The notes beneath the pieces are model-generated. The model did not search any database, had not been told where the DNA came from, and was given only the letters and a program-made list of their open reading frames with translations. From the NCBI GenBank assembly GCA_025603075.1, contig MU626306.1, forward strand, positions 57,929 to 121,928: a stretch of DNA of 64,000 nt, written 5' to 3'. How positions within the stretch are numbered: position 1 is the first letter of the stretch; every line of letters starts with the position of its first letter. Source of the DNA: Neoconidiobolus thromboides FSU 785 (Eukaryota; Fungi; Entomophthoromycota). The translations under genes and the position numbers were made by a program. Below are positions 1-15,560 of this stretch, one piece after another.

Positions 1-821
1 AAATCAAACACAACACAACAATAATTATAACTATAGCACAAATAATAACCCAGTGAATTTTAATCCCATTCAAGAATTTTTTCATGGTTTAAATACGACT
101 TTTAATGGTAATGATACTAATCAACAACAACAAGCTCAATATACTTCTAGTACTACTCAAACAAATGCTAATTATAATAATCGTCCAAATATGAGTAATA
201 ATACACAATCAGCAACTGGAAATGGTTTAAATCAGCAACAAAATAATACTCAACCAAGGCCACAACCAAGTGGTACCAATATTAATATAAATCATCAAAT
301 GAACCATCCATCATCACAAAATAAAGAAACAGCAAATACAAGTAAGTGATGTTTTATTATCTATAATAATTTAAAACTAATATAATAATACATTAGAGCA
401 AATATTAGAAAATTTAATTAAATCAGAAGATTATGAAGATAAAGTGAAAAAATTGCCTGTTAAACAATTAAAACAAATACTAAAAGAGAATTTAATTAAT
501 TTTGAGATGATATTAGAAAAGAAGGAATTAATTAATAAAGTAAATTACTTAATCCACTCCACAAAACAACAATCTACTCAAAGCGTCACCAACAATGAAA
601 TTAGTAACCCTAAATTAGAAGAACATGGATTAGAAGATAACTTTTTGTCAGATGAAAATTTATGCAAAATATGTTATGAAAATTCCATTAATTGTGTATT
701 GTTAGATTGTGGTCATTCAATTGCATGTGTTGAATGTGGTAAAGAATTATTAAAAAACTTATTACCTTGTCCAATTTGTAGAGCGGATATATCAAAAGTT
801 ATTCGAATTTATAAATCTTAA
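1..821 (+). CDS. RNF34/RFFL-like C3HC4 RING E3 ligase, 5' truncated by window edge
   Basis: N/Q-rich frame open from base 2; intron 342-396 (GTAAGT..TTAG); LPVKQLKQIL..EKKELINKV segment as in RNF34/RFFL; C-terminal RING CKICYENSINCVLLDCGHSIACVECG..CPICR. Confidence 0.75.
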
Positions 822-950
822 AATTAATATGAAGTTATTATTAATCAAGATCATTGAAATGACTGAATTTAGATTGATTAATATTAGTGATAATAATTAG
901 GAAGATAATAATAATATGATAGTTTAATGATTTTTTATTTTTTATTTTCA

Positions 951-2453
951 TTATACCATTTTTTCAGCTAATTTAGATTCGTCGATTTGACCTTTAATTA
1001 CATAATTTAAATTGGAATTCGCTACAGGTGGGGAACTAGAATATGTTTTTCTTCTAATTAAATAAAAAATATCAATATCAATGAATTATATCTTACTGTT
1101 TTACTTAATAATATTAATACTCGACTTACTTTTCCATTGAACCTCTTGATGGCCAAGTTGGAAACATACTTGGATCCTTTGGCGTTGGAGCTTCTCTATT
1201 ATTGTTTTATAATTAAAAATTATTGTTAATATACATATTATCATCAAATTTACTTAAAATAAGGGTGGTTTAAAGCTTCCTCAGCAGTGATGCGTTGTTC
1301 TGGATCATAGCATAATAAACAATTTAATAAATCCATCCCATTTTTAGTTAAGTATTGGAATTTGCTACGTAATTGATTGTAACTAAATAAAATAAACATG
1401 TCAATAAAAATAAATACGAGTATATCATATGTAAATGCTATGTAGTAATATTTAATAATTCTAACTTACGGATATTTTTTAAATTGAAATTTCTGAGCAT
1501 ATGGTAAATTCATATAATTGGGCCAATTATCTCGAGTTGGTGAGCCTAATAGTTTAAAAATCTATGATGTTTATATTAATAATTGCCTCAATAAAATAAT
1601 AATAACAAATTATACTATGTTAAATAATATTGGATAATTACTTACTCTACCAATTTGATCAATTTCTCCTTCACCTGGAAATAAAGGTTCATTTAATATT
1701 AATTCACCAAAAATACAGCCGATAGACCACATATCGATAGCTTTTGTATATTTTGTTTCTCCCAATAATAACTCTGGAGCTCTAATAATAATTAAGGAAA
1801 AATCATCAATATCAACTATAGTATAATATATAAAAACAAACTAGACTTACCTATACCATAATGTTACTACTAATTGTGTCATTTGATTAATAGGTTCTCC
1901 ATATTTTCTAGCGAGACCAAAATCCGCAACTTTGATTTCTCCACGGTTTGATAGTAACAAGTTACTAGTTTTTAAATCTCGATGCAATAACCAATTATCA
2001 TGTAATAATTTAATAGCTGACAATAATTGTAACATAATAGTTTTAACTTCGGATTGTAAAAAGGGGTTAGGCATATCTTTCATCAATGCTTTTAAATCAT
2101 GTTCAATGAAATCCATAACAATGTAGATACTATTTAATTGGAATTATGTCAATTATAAAATTACTATTTTAAATATATAACAGAGCTTACTCATCCAACC
2201 TTTTACCAACGACGATTTCTCGAACATTAACGATATTTGGATGCTTTGCAATTAACAGCGCTTGTATTTCCCTTAACGAAGTTATTGGAAACCCTTGTTT
2301 TTCATTTTCTAATTTTAACCTTTTTAAAGCTACTATATCCCCACTAGCTAGTTCTCTGGCTCTATATACAACTCCATAAGTTCCTTCATCAATTCGATTT
2401 AATTTTTCATAATTATTGATACTTCGACAGCCACTAATAATTGGGGCATCCAT
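951..2453 (-). CDS. CDK11: Cyclin-dependent kinase 11 (PITSLRE/CDC2L), multi-exon
   Basis: [45 protein letters not shown] motifs; stop TAA at 951-953 after ..SKLAEKMV. Confidence 0.93.
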
Positions 2454-2725
2454 TCTGTTAAGGTATATTGGCGTTTAAATAAATAAAAATTTTTAGTATT
2501 TGGAGAGTTAAAATACAATCTATAAATGGTAATAAATTATCAAATTATCAAACTTTAAAATTAGTTAATTGTTGGCGCCAATAAAATTCTTGAAATTATT
2601 CATAAAAGCGTGATTTTAATAGATTTTAAGAGAACAATAAGTGGGTTAATAAAACTCATTGAATTCAATTTAATCTTTTTTTGATCTTTTTTATTCATTT
2701 TAATCCTATAACCCTTAATAATTCA

Positions 2726-4540
2726 ATGGTGAAACTTAAAAGAGCGGAGGAAATAGGGGAATTAGAAATCTGTGCACGAACGGCACGAAATTTATCTCAA
2801 AAAGTATTAGTAGGTAAACAAAGTCCATTTGTACAATTTAATTTAGATTCCGTTATCAAACAAACGGTAAGTGATAAGAGAGGAGGAAGAAATCCCCAAT
2901 GGTCGGACACCATAATATTTCCCATATTAAAAGATCAAGATAAGATATTAGTCACTATTTATAACAGGAAATCCAAAGTACAGTCGGATTATATTGGTGA
3001 AGTAAGTATTGATTTATTACCAATATTAAAAGAAGGTGAAAAAGATGCCTGGTTTCCGTTAAAAGATCGAGATGATTATGCAGGGGATGTTTATATTGAA
3101 TTTACTTATTATAAAAAAGGAGAACCAAGGGATAGAAATAAAGTTAATGTTACTAGTATTAATGAAATTGAAGAAGGTTTATCAATATTACAACTAAAAA
3201 ACATACGTCAAGATCCAAAATTAAATAGTATGGAGTTACCTAAAGATAGATCAATTAACAAAAATACAATGTTAAACGTGCCTAATAACAATCAAGTATT
3301 ACGAAAAAATACTAATTCAAGTCAGCTTAGTTTTAATAGTGAAAATAATGATACCACTCCTACTTTAGCCAATGAAAACGATTTGGTAGATATATTAGAT
3401 GAAATACGTTCCTTAGTAGATTATCCCTATCAACTACCTGCCCAAGAAGCACCTTTAGGGCCTGGAGCTTTACCACCCATGCGACGTAAACCATTACCCA
3501 AACCACCTAATTCCAATCGTAGTTCTAATAGTCAATTATTAACACCCAATAGTAATAATCTTAGTCAAAATGATTTATTATTAAATAACAATACACAATC
3601 TCCGACTATCATAGAACATCAGTTACAACAGGAAATGGAATTTAATAACAATCATATTCCTATCTTAAATACTAATAATAATCAATATAGTGTAGCTCAT
3701 TTTTATCAACAAAATAATAGTAACTCAAATTTAACCCGTACCCCATCTCCAGCTCCCTCTTCACAAATATCCGAATTGGTATTAGGTGATGCAATGAATT
3801 ATCAACGGTATCTTTCATTAACTGGAAGTAATTCAACTGCCTCTTTAACCCGACGTGGTTCTTTAGATAGTATAAAAACTGGAACTACAATGGAAGACTA
3901 TTTAGATCATGATCCCACTGTAGAAATTAAATTTAATAATAGTAAAATACCATCCATAAAAAGAAGGCCTTTAGAAGCACCTTCAATATTACAATCTCAA
4001 AATTTTTATAATCAACGTGTACCTTATCCAGAAGATGTACGTGGTAGACCTTTAATGTATTATCAACAACATCAGCAACAGCAACATCAGCAACAATTAC
4101 TTTCACTACAACAGATGAATATGGTTCCTGTTCCTGTTCCTTTAGTTAATAATGATAATACTCAGTTAACTAAACCCTTACCTCAATTAAGACCAATACC
4201 TTATCCTCCACCATCTCAACACCATACAATGATACCTCCACCATCAGCACATCCATCACATCCACATCATCACTTATCTCCTTACACTACAAATTTACAT
4301 TATCCACAAAGACCAATGTATCATCCACCAACTATGATGGAATATCCACCATCTAGATTTATACAACAACCTATTACTAATGGAGTAGGAGAATATTCTC
4401 CTGCTCCTAGACCTATGTTTTATTCTCCAAGAGCATTACCACCGCCTATTGTTTCACCTTTAATTAGACCACACGTAACACAAAGACAATTACCTAATCC
4501 TTATACTAATCAACCTAGGAGAGGTTCATTGGTAGATTAA
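2726..4540 (+). CDS. Inn1/Fic1-like C2-domain, proline-rich cytokinesis protein
   Basis: Single 604-codon ORF from ATG 2726; N-terminal C2 (ARNL..GKQSPFV..DKRGGRNPQW) and PxxP-rich C-terminus. Confidence 0.75.
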   Translation: MVKLKRAEEIGELEICARTARNLSQKVLVGKQSPFVQFNLDSVIKQTVSDKRGGRNPQWSDTIIFPILKDQDKILVTIYNRKSKVQSDYIGEVSIDLLPILKEGEKDAWFPLKDRDDYAGDVYIEFTYYKKGEPRDRNKVNVTSINEIEEGLSILQLKNIRQDPKLNSMELPKDRSINKNTMLNVPNNNQVLRKNTNSSQLSFNSENNDTTPTLANENDLVDILDEIRSLVDYPYQLPAQEAPLGPGALPPMRRKPLPKPPNSNRSSNSQLLTPNSNNLSQNDLLLNNNTQSPTIIEHQLQQEMEFNNNHIPILNTNNNQYSVAHFYQQNNSNSNLTRTPSPAPSSQISELVLGDAMNYQRYLSLTGSNSTASLTRRGSLDSIKTGTTMEDYLDHDPTVEIKFNNSKIPSIKRRPLEAPSILQSQNFYNQRVPYPEDVRGRPLMYYQQHQQQQHQQQLLSLQQMNMVPVPVPLVNNDNTQLTKPLPQLRPIPYPPPSQHHTMIPPPSAHPSHPHHHLSPYTTNLHYPQRPMYHPPTMMEYPPSRFIQQPITNGVGEYSPAPRPMFYSPRALPPPIVSPLIRPHVTQRQLPNPYTNQPRRGSLVD

Positions 4541-4738
4541 TTAAGTTTAAGTTTTTGAATTCTTTTGAACATTAAAGTCGTTAATGTGTTTGTTTTTATA
4601 AAATTTAAAATATTTTTTACAAGTTAATTTTTTAAATAATAACAATAAAATAATTTAATAATCCGTTTTAAAATAAAATCTCTTAAATTTTAATAACCTT
4701 TCAAAAAAAATATTTCTCTTTCGTTTAACTCTTTTTTT

Positions 4739-6772
<2,034 letters not shown>

Positions 6773-7057
6773 CTTTTTGCTATCAAATTTTCTTTTATCT
6801 GATTTTCTTTTTTATTACAATATTGATAAAAATATTCAATTTTTATAACTTGAATTTTGAGTTTGAATTTCCAAACCAACTTTAAAGTGGCTAAATCATA
6901 AAATGTTGGTACTTAAACCAAGCATTTCATTTGTCAAAAAACATCTCAGTGACTTTTAGTAGTAAATTTTGAAATAAAAAAAAACATTAAAAAACATAAT
7001 AAACCCAATAAATACATCCAACATAATATTTTAATGATTCAATTCATCCCCATTTTT

Positions 7058-9132
7058 TTACGCTGTACCCCAATATCTTACTCTAGCATCATCTGAACAA
7101 GTCACGAACGCATCATCTGTTGGACTAGCTACTACTTTTTGAATCGGCTGTGGATTATTAAATGGTTGAGCTGGATAGCCAGCTACTTTTTTTCCCGATT
7201 TAGTACACCAGCCAACAATACCATGACCAGGCTCTCCAGTCACTGCTAATACATGGTTTTCATCTCTTGTGAAACAAGCATTAGCTAACCACTATATAAA
7301 ATATAAAAATATTAATATTAATTGTTATTATTATTAAATAAAAACTTACTGGTGTATGAGCACCTAAATACTCCATTACTTGTTTGCCCATTTTTAAATC
7401 CCAACATCTAACAATAGAATCTAAACCATAAGATAATAAATAATTATTATTTTTAGATATTTGAATAGAGGCAATAGGAGTGGATGAATGGGCTTTTGGT
7501 AAGGATTTTACTAAAGTTCCACTAACCCCATCCCATATTTTAATATCTCCATCTAAGGAAGAAGTGATGATTGTTTTTCCATCAGGAGAATAGCGTACTT
7601 GTGTCAATCCTTGTGTATGATGTTGAGAACTATTAGGAGTGTAACTTTGAAAAGTACGGATATCATAAATACGTAATTTTTCGCTTTCAGTAGCTGATAG
7701 AATTATTATATTTAATATGTATTAGATTCCTTATAATATTAATTTACCTAAAGCTAAAAAATCACCCGATGGATGAAAGCTTAAGGATTTAATTGGGTAT
7801 GAGTCCTATTTTTATTAATTTTATTTTATTGTTTCTTATTAATTTACCTGTAAATAACGAAACGCCTTTTTAACTTGAGGTTTGGATAAATCAAATAATT
7901 TAACACAACAATCTTCCGATGCTGATGCTAGTACTTGTCCATTGGGATGAAAGGCTAATTCATTAATAGGCTATTAAAATTAATATTAAGATTAATATTA
8001 AGGTTAATATATTATTATTATATATTCAATTTTTATTACCCCAATATGATCATACAATGCCTTAACTACTGGTTTTTCTTCTTCAGACCTTTTTTTGATT
8101 TTTGCTACCTCTAATACTTTTAAAGAACAATCAGCGGATCCTGTTGCTAACCAAATACCTTTAAAATTATATATTAATAAATGAGATATTAAAAAAATAG
8201 TTTAGTTTGTTCTACCATCTGGTGAAAAAGCAGCTGTTCTAGCTTGCATTTTATGAGCTGTTGTAAACCACACTGTTAAAGAAGGTAATTCTGGGGATTC
8301 TAAAAATAATAAATTAAGTTAGATAAAAATTTACTCATTTATTTCAGTAAAATAATAACTTACCAAATTCATCCATATCGTCATTAACATTGAAAGATAA
8401 CCCATTTTCTTCATTATTAGTTGAATTCCCTTCATTATTTAAATTTAATAATTCTAGTTGATTGGTGTTATCATATAGATTAAGTCCTAAAAAATTGATA
8501 TCTTCATTAACATTAACTTCACTTTTTGGTACAGATAAATTAAAAAATTCTTCAATTCCATGTTTTTGATATAATTTTCCATATTTTATTAATTCCAATA
8601 AATCATCTTTTTTTTCTAATACTTTTTTTTCTGGTAATGGTACATCTATATTCATTTCAATCCCATTCGTTTTTGATTCATTTTCTTCTTCCACTATAAT
8701 TTCTTCTTTATTTTCTTTTTTACTTTCTTGTTCTTCTGCTTTTTCTAAAGCTATCTTTTCTTCTATTTGTTGGACTTCTTCTTTTTTTTGCTCATATTCT
8801 TCAAATTGTTTCTTATTAATCATTTCAATTACTGAATTGGCTAAATCTTCATGTCCATACGATCCAAGTTGACTAGGAAAATAATTAATTTAAATGAAGT
8901 TTTATTCTCTTTTAGTATAACATAAATAATAATGTGATTTTTTATACTAAGTATAAATTATGTTAAACAAAAATTAAAATAATAAAAATGGGATTTAAAA
9001 TCATTTAATTTTTCAGTCTTAATATTTAAATCTATTTATTTGGATTTCTTTGTTAATCTTTATAATAATATGTTACCTTGCTATCAAGTCCAACACCTCG
9101 ATCTCCGTCATTTCTTTTTCAATAATTTCCAT
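7058..9132 (-). CDS. CSTF1: Cleavage stimulation factor 50-kDa subunit (WD40), multi-exon
   Basis: [55 protein letters not shown]; N-terminal LIASQL dimerisation-type motif. Confidence 0.88.
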
Positions 9133-9495
9133 CTTTTTGAAAATTTTAATTTTATTAAAAAAACTTTATTTTAAATTTTGAATTTCTGGAAATTTATAAA
9201 CGACACTGAATAAAATTTGAGAAAATATCGACTTTTACTTAAATGACGTTGTAAAAGATGGTATATTTTATTAAATAATACAATTCAAAGTAACTTAGAG
9301 CTCAAATAAAGGGAGAATAAAAGCTTATAAGTTTAAAAAATATTTAAAAACAAAAATTTATAAAAGAATACATTTTATTAACGAAAATAGCAATTAACAT
9401 CCAAAACAAAGTAAACGTATCAACTCAAAGTAACCTTATTTTGTTCTTTGTATTAACCACTATGATATAAAAATGCCCAAATTCCCCTTTTGTAA

Positions 9496-11014
9496 TTATT
9501 TAAGTTCTACATAGTTGGCAGGAAACTAAAAAATTACATTAATATCAATAATATAGTCATAAAATATACTTACATCCCCTTGTTTCCCATGAAGTTCCCC
9601 TTTCCACCAATCATTTTGAGATTCTGTTTTTTTAATAATTGTAATAACATCTCCTCTGTTAAATGAAAGATCCTGTGCTTGATCACTATGATAGTCATAT
9701 AAAGCCACTGCTGTTTCCTTTCTACCTGGTCGATTTGGAACAGGTGGTGGGGCTCTCTTTTCATTGGTTGGCAATTTAAAGCCACCAGGTGTATAAGATG
9801 GTACTGGATCACTAGTTTCTTTTTCTGTTGGATTAGATCTACCATAGGTACTATTTGCTTCTGACAATGTAGATCGACCATAGGTACTTGTCTTTGTATA
9901 GCGACTACTTACAGAACCACTGTGTGATAATGTAGTTTCATTATCATCATATCTGCTTTCCATGGCACTAGGTACAGCTGCTGCTCTAGAATTTAATGCT
10001 TGGTATAATACACTAGCTTGTCCAGGTGCTTGTATTTTACCCGATAATAATTCTTTAGCTCTTACTGGTCGACCATAAAACTTAGAATTAGCATCTTTTC
10101 TTTCAACTATTACAGAACCTTCAATGGATATACCTAATTTGTTATTAAATACTCTCGTCTTTTATTATAAACAAAGAATTCTATTTACCTGCGAATAATC
10201 CTTTAGATTTACTAAAATATTATTTAATTAAATAAAAATAAAATAAAAAAATCAAATCTTACCTGTAAGAATAAATAGCAGCTAAATGAGCCACAGCACC
10301 ACCAGCTTCAGCACTTCTGCCTAATGGACCAGCAGCAACTAGAAGATAATTAATCAACTTAATTATTGTAAAACAAAGACAAATATAGAAATTACTAGAA
10401 AGGTTACCACCCAAAGTAACATTACCACCCTCTGAAAAAGCTTTAACTGCATCCGTTGTATTTAAAATAACCAAAAAATCAGTCAATTGGGCTCCGATTT
10501 GACCTCCGACACCCTAAACAATAAAGTGATATTAAAACTTAGCATTGAATAAAAGGTAAATAAAAATACTTACCACACCTGCTGTTCCGATACAAGATGG
10601 AGCTGACCAAGCTAATAATAGTATTTAATAATTAGTTAATTTATTTAAATCCATTTTATTTACTTCCATCGGGTAACCTAAAAAAACACTATCAAATCTC
10701 ATATTAACTTATAAATAAAAACAACTCTTACCTAGCTACAACGAGTCCAGAGCCTGCCCTTCCAGACCAAACGAAGCCAGCTTTAATAACAGTAAAAATA
10801 GCAAACCCTTTTGCTTTGGATAATATATTGGCAGGAACCACAGAATCTATTCCTCCTGCTACGGAAGGATCTAATAGAGGATTAAAAGAAAATTAGTTTG
10901 TAAAATTTGGGCAAATAAAGAAATATCAAACTTACCAATAAATTTATTTAAAATTTTAGCTGCTTTTGAACATTCACCAGCTAAATCGGTTGGAATTGGT
11001 GAGTTGATACCCAT
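9496..11014 (-). CDS. Ysc84/Lsb3 (SH3YL1) SYLF + SH3 actin-binding protein, multi-exon
   Basis: MGINSPIPTDLAGECSKAAKIL, KAGFVWSGRAGSG, GGNVTLGGN, C-terminal SH3 ALYDY..WWKG..FPANYV; last exon ends TAA 9496-9498. Confidence 0.9.
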
Positions 11015-12132
11015 TTTATCGCTTCTTTTATTGTTGTATCAAATTTAAAATATGAGAAAATATTAAAAACTTAAAATTTACTAAAATTTCTAGTTTTGAA
11101 TATTGTTGAAGCTTTTCGATAATATTTTTCAATGTGATGTCATTAGGTAGCAAAATGATTATTGGTGAATTTTCAATTTTTAATTGTTTTTGGGCTTGGA
11201 TGGTTAATTTTAGGTTTGGTAAATGTGCTTTTGGCTTTCCTTATGAAGAAACTTATAAATTCTTCTTAAATTAATGCTTTGGTTATTTGCCGTTGGTGTT
11301 ACATTGTTTTAGCACCTTGGTTACATCTTAGCTATATACTTTACCTTGGCTAGACTACAACAGTTACATTATCTAAGCTTAATAGATTTCAAACCATCCA
11401 ATAGGTTATCAAATAGCGGAGAAATTAAGCTAAAATGATGGGTTTAAAATACTAAGTTTCCATTTCTATGTTCGAGTTTTAAAATCATTAAATTTTGAAG
11501 CTAAAGGTATAAAGAAAATATTTTATATCAAAAACGTAGCTTATTTTAATTAAATAATAACAGAATGATCAATTTATGTACTCTTTAGCTTATTTTAGTA
11601 ATAATATATGTGATTTTTATTAATAAAATTTGCAAAAGTAGAGCTCTATATTTATCATTGCTATTGTTTTCTCTAATGATTGAAGATTGGTATAGCACTT
11701 CTATAAAAAGTTAAAATATATCGAAACAGTGAGCATATTTAGATAAGTTTTATTTCTTTACTAAAAATTATCTATAACGCTTAATGATTAATAACCTATT
11801 AACTAACTCTTCAATAAACTTGGCAATCTAGTCGCCAAGTATATGATTCATTACTTTTATAGCACTCTTAATATTTTCAAAATAAATATCTCAAATACAA
11901 TATAACCTTCTGATGCTATAAACAGTAGAATACAAATTAACTTAAATTGTAATCGGGTATTCAAGTTATTTTATAGGTTTTATAGGTAAATATGACCTAT
12001 TTATTAAACAGATGGCATAGGTGTGTTTTTTGTATCAGATTTACTTCTTTTCATAAATTGAGCTCAAAAAATAAACACTTTGTTTGTAGAAAAAGACGCT
12101 TTCTAAAGTCACCAGTTTTCTTTGCAAACATT

Positions 12133-12239
12133 AATTGGGGATCTATTTTCATGTTCAAGAATTTTACTAACAAATTTTCCACTTAAATAGCGCTTAAAAA
12201 ACGAAAAAAGTAATAAAGTCCAAAAAAACACTCCCATAT
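12133..12239 (+). mobile_element. ~106-bp MITE-like repeat, copy a
   Basis: TGGGGATC..AAATAGCGCTTAA..ACACTCCCATAT. Confidence 0.85.
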
Positions 12240-12818
12240 CTATTAATTTTGACAATATTCAAGATTTCTCAAAGATGAAAAAACAGATAAATATGTCACA
12301 TTCCAAGACAATTATAAAACATCATATTACATACATTTAATGAATCAGTTTTTAACTATTAAATTTAATTCATTTATGAAAATATAATTAATGAAATATT
12401 AATGATCTTTTATTCTATTATTATATCAGAAATTATTTTATATACGAACAAAAGATACAACCTATAAACGTATTAGCGATCCTATTTTATGTATTTTTTA
12501 AAGTTGGATATCTTTCTATTTCAGTTTAAATCTAATATACTATTATTGATTCCAATAAAAGCTCTTAAAACATACAATATATATTTGTAAATCCTAAATT
12601 CTATCAAACTAAATTTTATCCTATTATTTCCGGAAAGTAAAATACATTCTTTAAAAATAATTCGCTTCTCAAATACATTTGTTAATCTCTGCTATTGATA
12701 TCTATCCATGGTAATAACAAACTCAAAATCCTGAATATTCCGTTTATGCATATGAATTAAATTACTTTTAGTATCTTTATTTTTATTAGACCATAAATAC
12801 AACAATATAGTAAAGTAT

Positions 12819-13395
12819 TTAACGGTAAGATTTTTGGTATCTATAAAATAAGTAAAGTTCTTTTAAAAAATTATCAATAAAAAATACCTGGCACGAGCAC
12901 CTGGACCACCGAATTTCTTTGGTTCCATACGACGTGGATCAGCAACTAAGAGAGTACGGTCATATTTGACTAAGATTTCTTTAATTTCTTTCTTTGAAGC
13001 TTCATCAACGAATTTTTGGTGGAAAGCAACAAGAGCTTTAGCAAGAGCTTGACGAATAGCTAATTGAATAATCAATACCAATTAAAATTAAATTTCTTTT
13101 TTTTTCTAAAATTACCATAAACTTGGGAAGTATGACCACCACCGTTTACACGAATACGGATATCAAGGTTTTCGAAACGTTCTTTACCAACAATAAGGAT
13201 GGCTTCGTAAACTTTGAATTTGAGGATTTCTGGCTCAAGGAGCTCAAGTGGGAATCCGTTAACACGGATCATACCTTGACCACGCTTGCAGTGAGCAACA
13301 GCGGTGGCGAATTTCTTTTAAAATTTCAGCATGTTGACTCTAGTAAGACAAATAAATAAAATTACCTTACGTCCGAAACATTGAACAGCTTCCAT
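12819..13395 (-). CDS. RPS16: 40S ribosomal protein S16 (uS9), 3 introns
   Basis: [10 protein letters not shown]|[17 protein letters not shown]|[37 protein letters not shown]|YQKSYR*. Confidence 0.97.
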
Positions 13396-13855
13396 ATTGT
13401 AATGAACTTAAATTAAAGATAAGTTTTGATGAAAATTTTGGAACATTATAAAATTTATATAGAATTGAATTCTCTCTTTAACTGAAAGTATTTCAAATAC
13501 AATAATTTAATGGATGTGCTTCCCTACCTAAGAGTTAATGTATTTAACCTGGAAGTCAAAAGAGAGTTCGATACCTATGCCTTCATATTGCTTAACTTGG
13601 TTTTTAATTTTACCTACTAATTTAATTTCTGGCCTAAATCTATTGGCTAACTTAATTGACTTGAAATTATTTTTCTAATTTTTAAAATGGGATTAATCTT
13701 TTAATTCTAATTTAATCCAAATATCTGATTAATTTCAACAATGATTGGCTTATTACAACTACAATTTTTAATCTAGGTATAAATTGACAGTAAAAAATGC
13801 CTTAAATTTACTCTTTACTTTATCTCAATCGTACTGATAAATTACTAACTTCGTG

Positions 13856-14689
13856 ATGGCCAAAGTTACTTCCTCTAACCCATTTGATCTCTTAGGAGAT
13901 TTTGATTATGATGGTGATGTCAAAGCCAAAGCTCAATCTAAGGGTAAAAAAGAAACTGCCCCAGCTTCAGCTCCAGCTAAGACTCAAGCTCGTGGTAAAG
14001 GTGCTACTGGAGCTCGTCAAGGTAATGACTTTGATGCTCCTCGTGCTCCTCGTAACAATGACAAAAAACGTCATACCAAAAACCCAGCCCCACGTCGTGG
14101 TCGTGAATTCGATCGTCACTCAGGTACCGGTCGTGTTGATACTGAGAAAGCTGTTGAAAACTTTGTAGGTAAAGCTACTGAAAACTATGATGAAGCTACT
14201 AAGGATGAAGCTTCTAAAGATGATGCTGCTACCCCTGAAGAGTCCCCAGTTGAACCAGAAGATAACAGCAAAACTCTTGATGAATATTACGCAGAACTTG
14301 CTGCTGCTAAAGCTGATAAAGAAGAAAAAGAAGCCCGTAAAGCAAACGAAGGTACCGATGACAGCAAATGGAAGGATGGTGTTGTCTTAAAGAAAGCTGA
14401 TGAAGATTTCTTTACCGGTAAAGGTATGAAAAAAGCTCAAAAGAAGGAAAAAGTAGTTTCTAAGACCTTCCTTGATATTGAACAAAAATTCAATGAACCA
14501 CAAAGAGAACAACGTGAAAACCGTGGACCACGTGAACAACGTGGTGGCCGTGGTGGACAAAAAGGTGGCCGTGGAAATAACCGTGGTGGAAATGCTAACC
14601 GTGGTAACAACCGTGGTGGTGCTAAAAATGCTCCTCGTCCAATCCCTCTCAATGACCAAAATGCTTTCCCATCCCTTGGATCTAACTAA
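13856..14689 (+). CDS. Stm1/SERBP1-family ribosome-binding (hibernation) protein
   Basis: SSNPFDLL N-terminus, REFDRHSGTGR, KTLDEY, RGG-rich tail, AFPSLG end; codon bias typical of highly expressed genes. Confidence 0.9.
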   Translation: MAKVTSSNPFDLLGDFDYDGDVKAKAQSKGKKETAPASAPAKTQARGKGATGARQGNDFDAPRAPRNNDKKRHTKNPAPRRGREFDRHSGTGRVDTEKAVENFVGKATENYDEATKDEASKDDAATPEESPVEPEDNSKTLDEYYAELAAAKADKEEKEARKANEGTDDSKWKDGVVLKKADEDFFTGKGMKKAQKKEKVVSKTFLDIEQKFNEPQREQRENRGPREQRGGRGGQKGGRGNNRGGNANRGNNRGGAKNAPRPIPLNDQNAFPSLGSN

Positions 14690-15249
14690 GACTCAAGTGG
14701 GTTAAGGATGGCTCGGGCATACGATTAAAAAATATTTTAAAAAAAATTAATTTTGTAGTTTAATTCGATTTAATTTTTTGTGGAGATTTGAATTTGCCAA
14801 AATAACTTGTCAATTCTCGGCATACAAAATATATGGTAACAAAATTAAAGAATTTAGAAAATAGCTTTTTAAGGAAATTTATCACCAAATTTGTTGTGGC
14901 TTTTGTCAGTTTAAGGTTGATTTTGAAAGGTGATGTGAGTCTGTGTTTGAACTAAAGCGACTAATCAAAATACAAATCAAACGTTATAGTAAATCAGATT
15001 AAGGTATTCAATGAGTGAACATTTCTAAGTATTAAATTAGTCTATATTTTAGCAAACTTAAAAGCTTAGTCTAATTTTATATTATCTTATATAGTATAAA
15101 GCAATTAGTATATAAATAGGTTTTAATTAAAGAAATAACAATAGAAATTTCAGAATTTAATTCTCAATTCTCAGTTTAATATTTATTGTGTTGAAAGGAC
15201 CAATGAATGACTCTTGGGTATTTTTATTTATGTAAGAAAAGATATGCTA

Positions 15250-15560
15250 AAATATTGCTATAATGGAAGAGGTTGAACAAAACCACCAGACTACCAAGAG
15301 ATCTTTAAGTTTCTACAAACTGTGGTCTAATAATAAAGATGGACTATACTAAGCTAATCTGAGTTCTGTTTTGTTTAAAATCAGTAAGATATAAACAAGT
15401 TGATTTTTTTAAATTCTTAAAAGAGCATGAACCTCCTGAATAATTCATTATGTAAGTATGAAAGAATTAAGAGTGTTCTGAAAGAGGGGGGATTGGGCAG
15501 TTGTGCACGATTTCGCACTTACTTTCCTTAATGAGAAGTCTAGTAAAAGCAATAGAGAAC
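15250..15560 (+). mobile_element. Possible decayed non-LTR (LINE) retrotransposon fragment
   Basis: Broken frames give ..SFYKLWS.. and CKYERIKSVLKEGGLGS, reminiscent of the post-RT W..L..PK..GGLG motif; many stops. Confidence 0.25.

Noticed and set aside
13500-13590. B-box-like GTTCGATACC in the RPS16-STM1 spacer
   Set aside because: No cloverleaf, no convincing A box and no T-run terminator, so a Pol III gene is unsupported.
13902-14705. Overlapping alternative-frame and antisense ORFs over STM1 (similar ones over RPL13, GDH2, VPS4, Ysc84, FAA)
   Set aside because: Shadow ORFs caused by the codon bias of the real genes; no recognisable domains.
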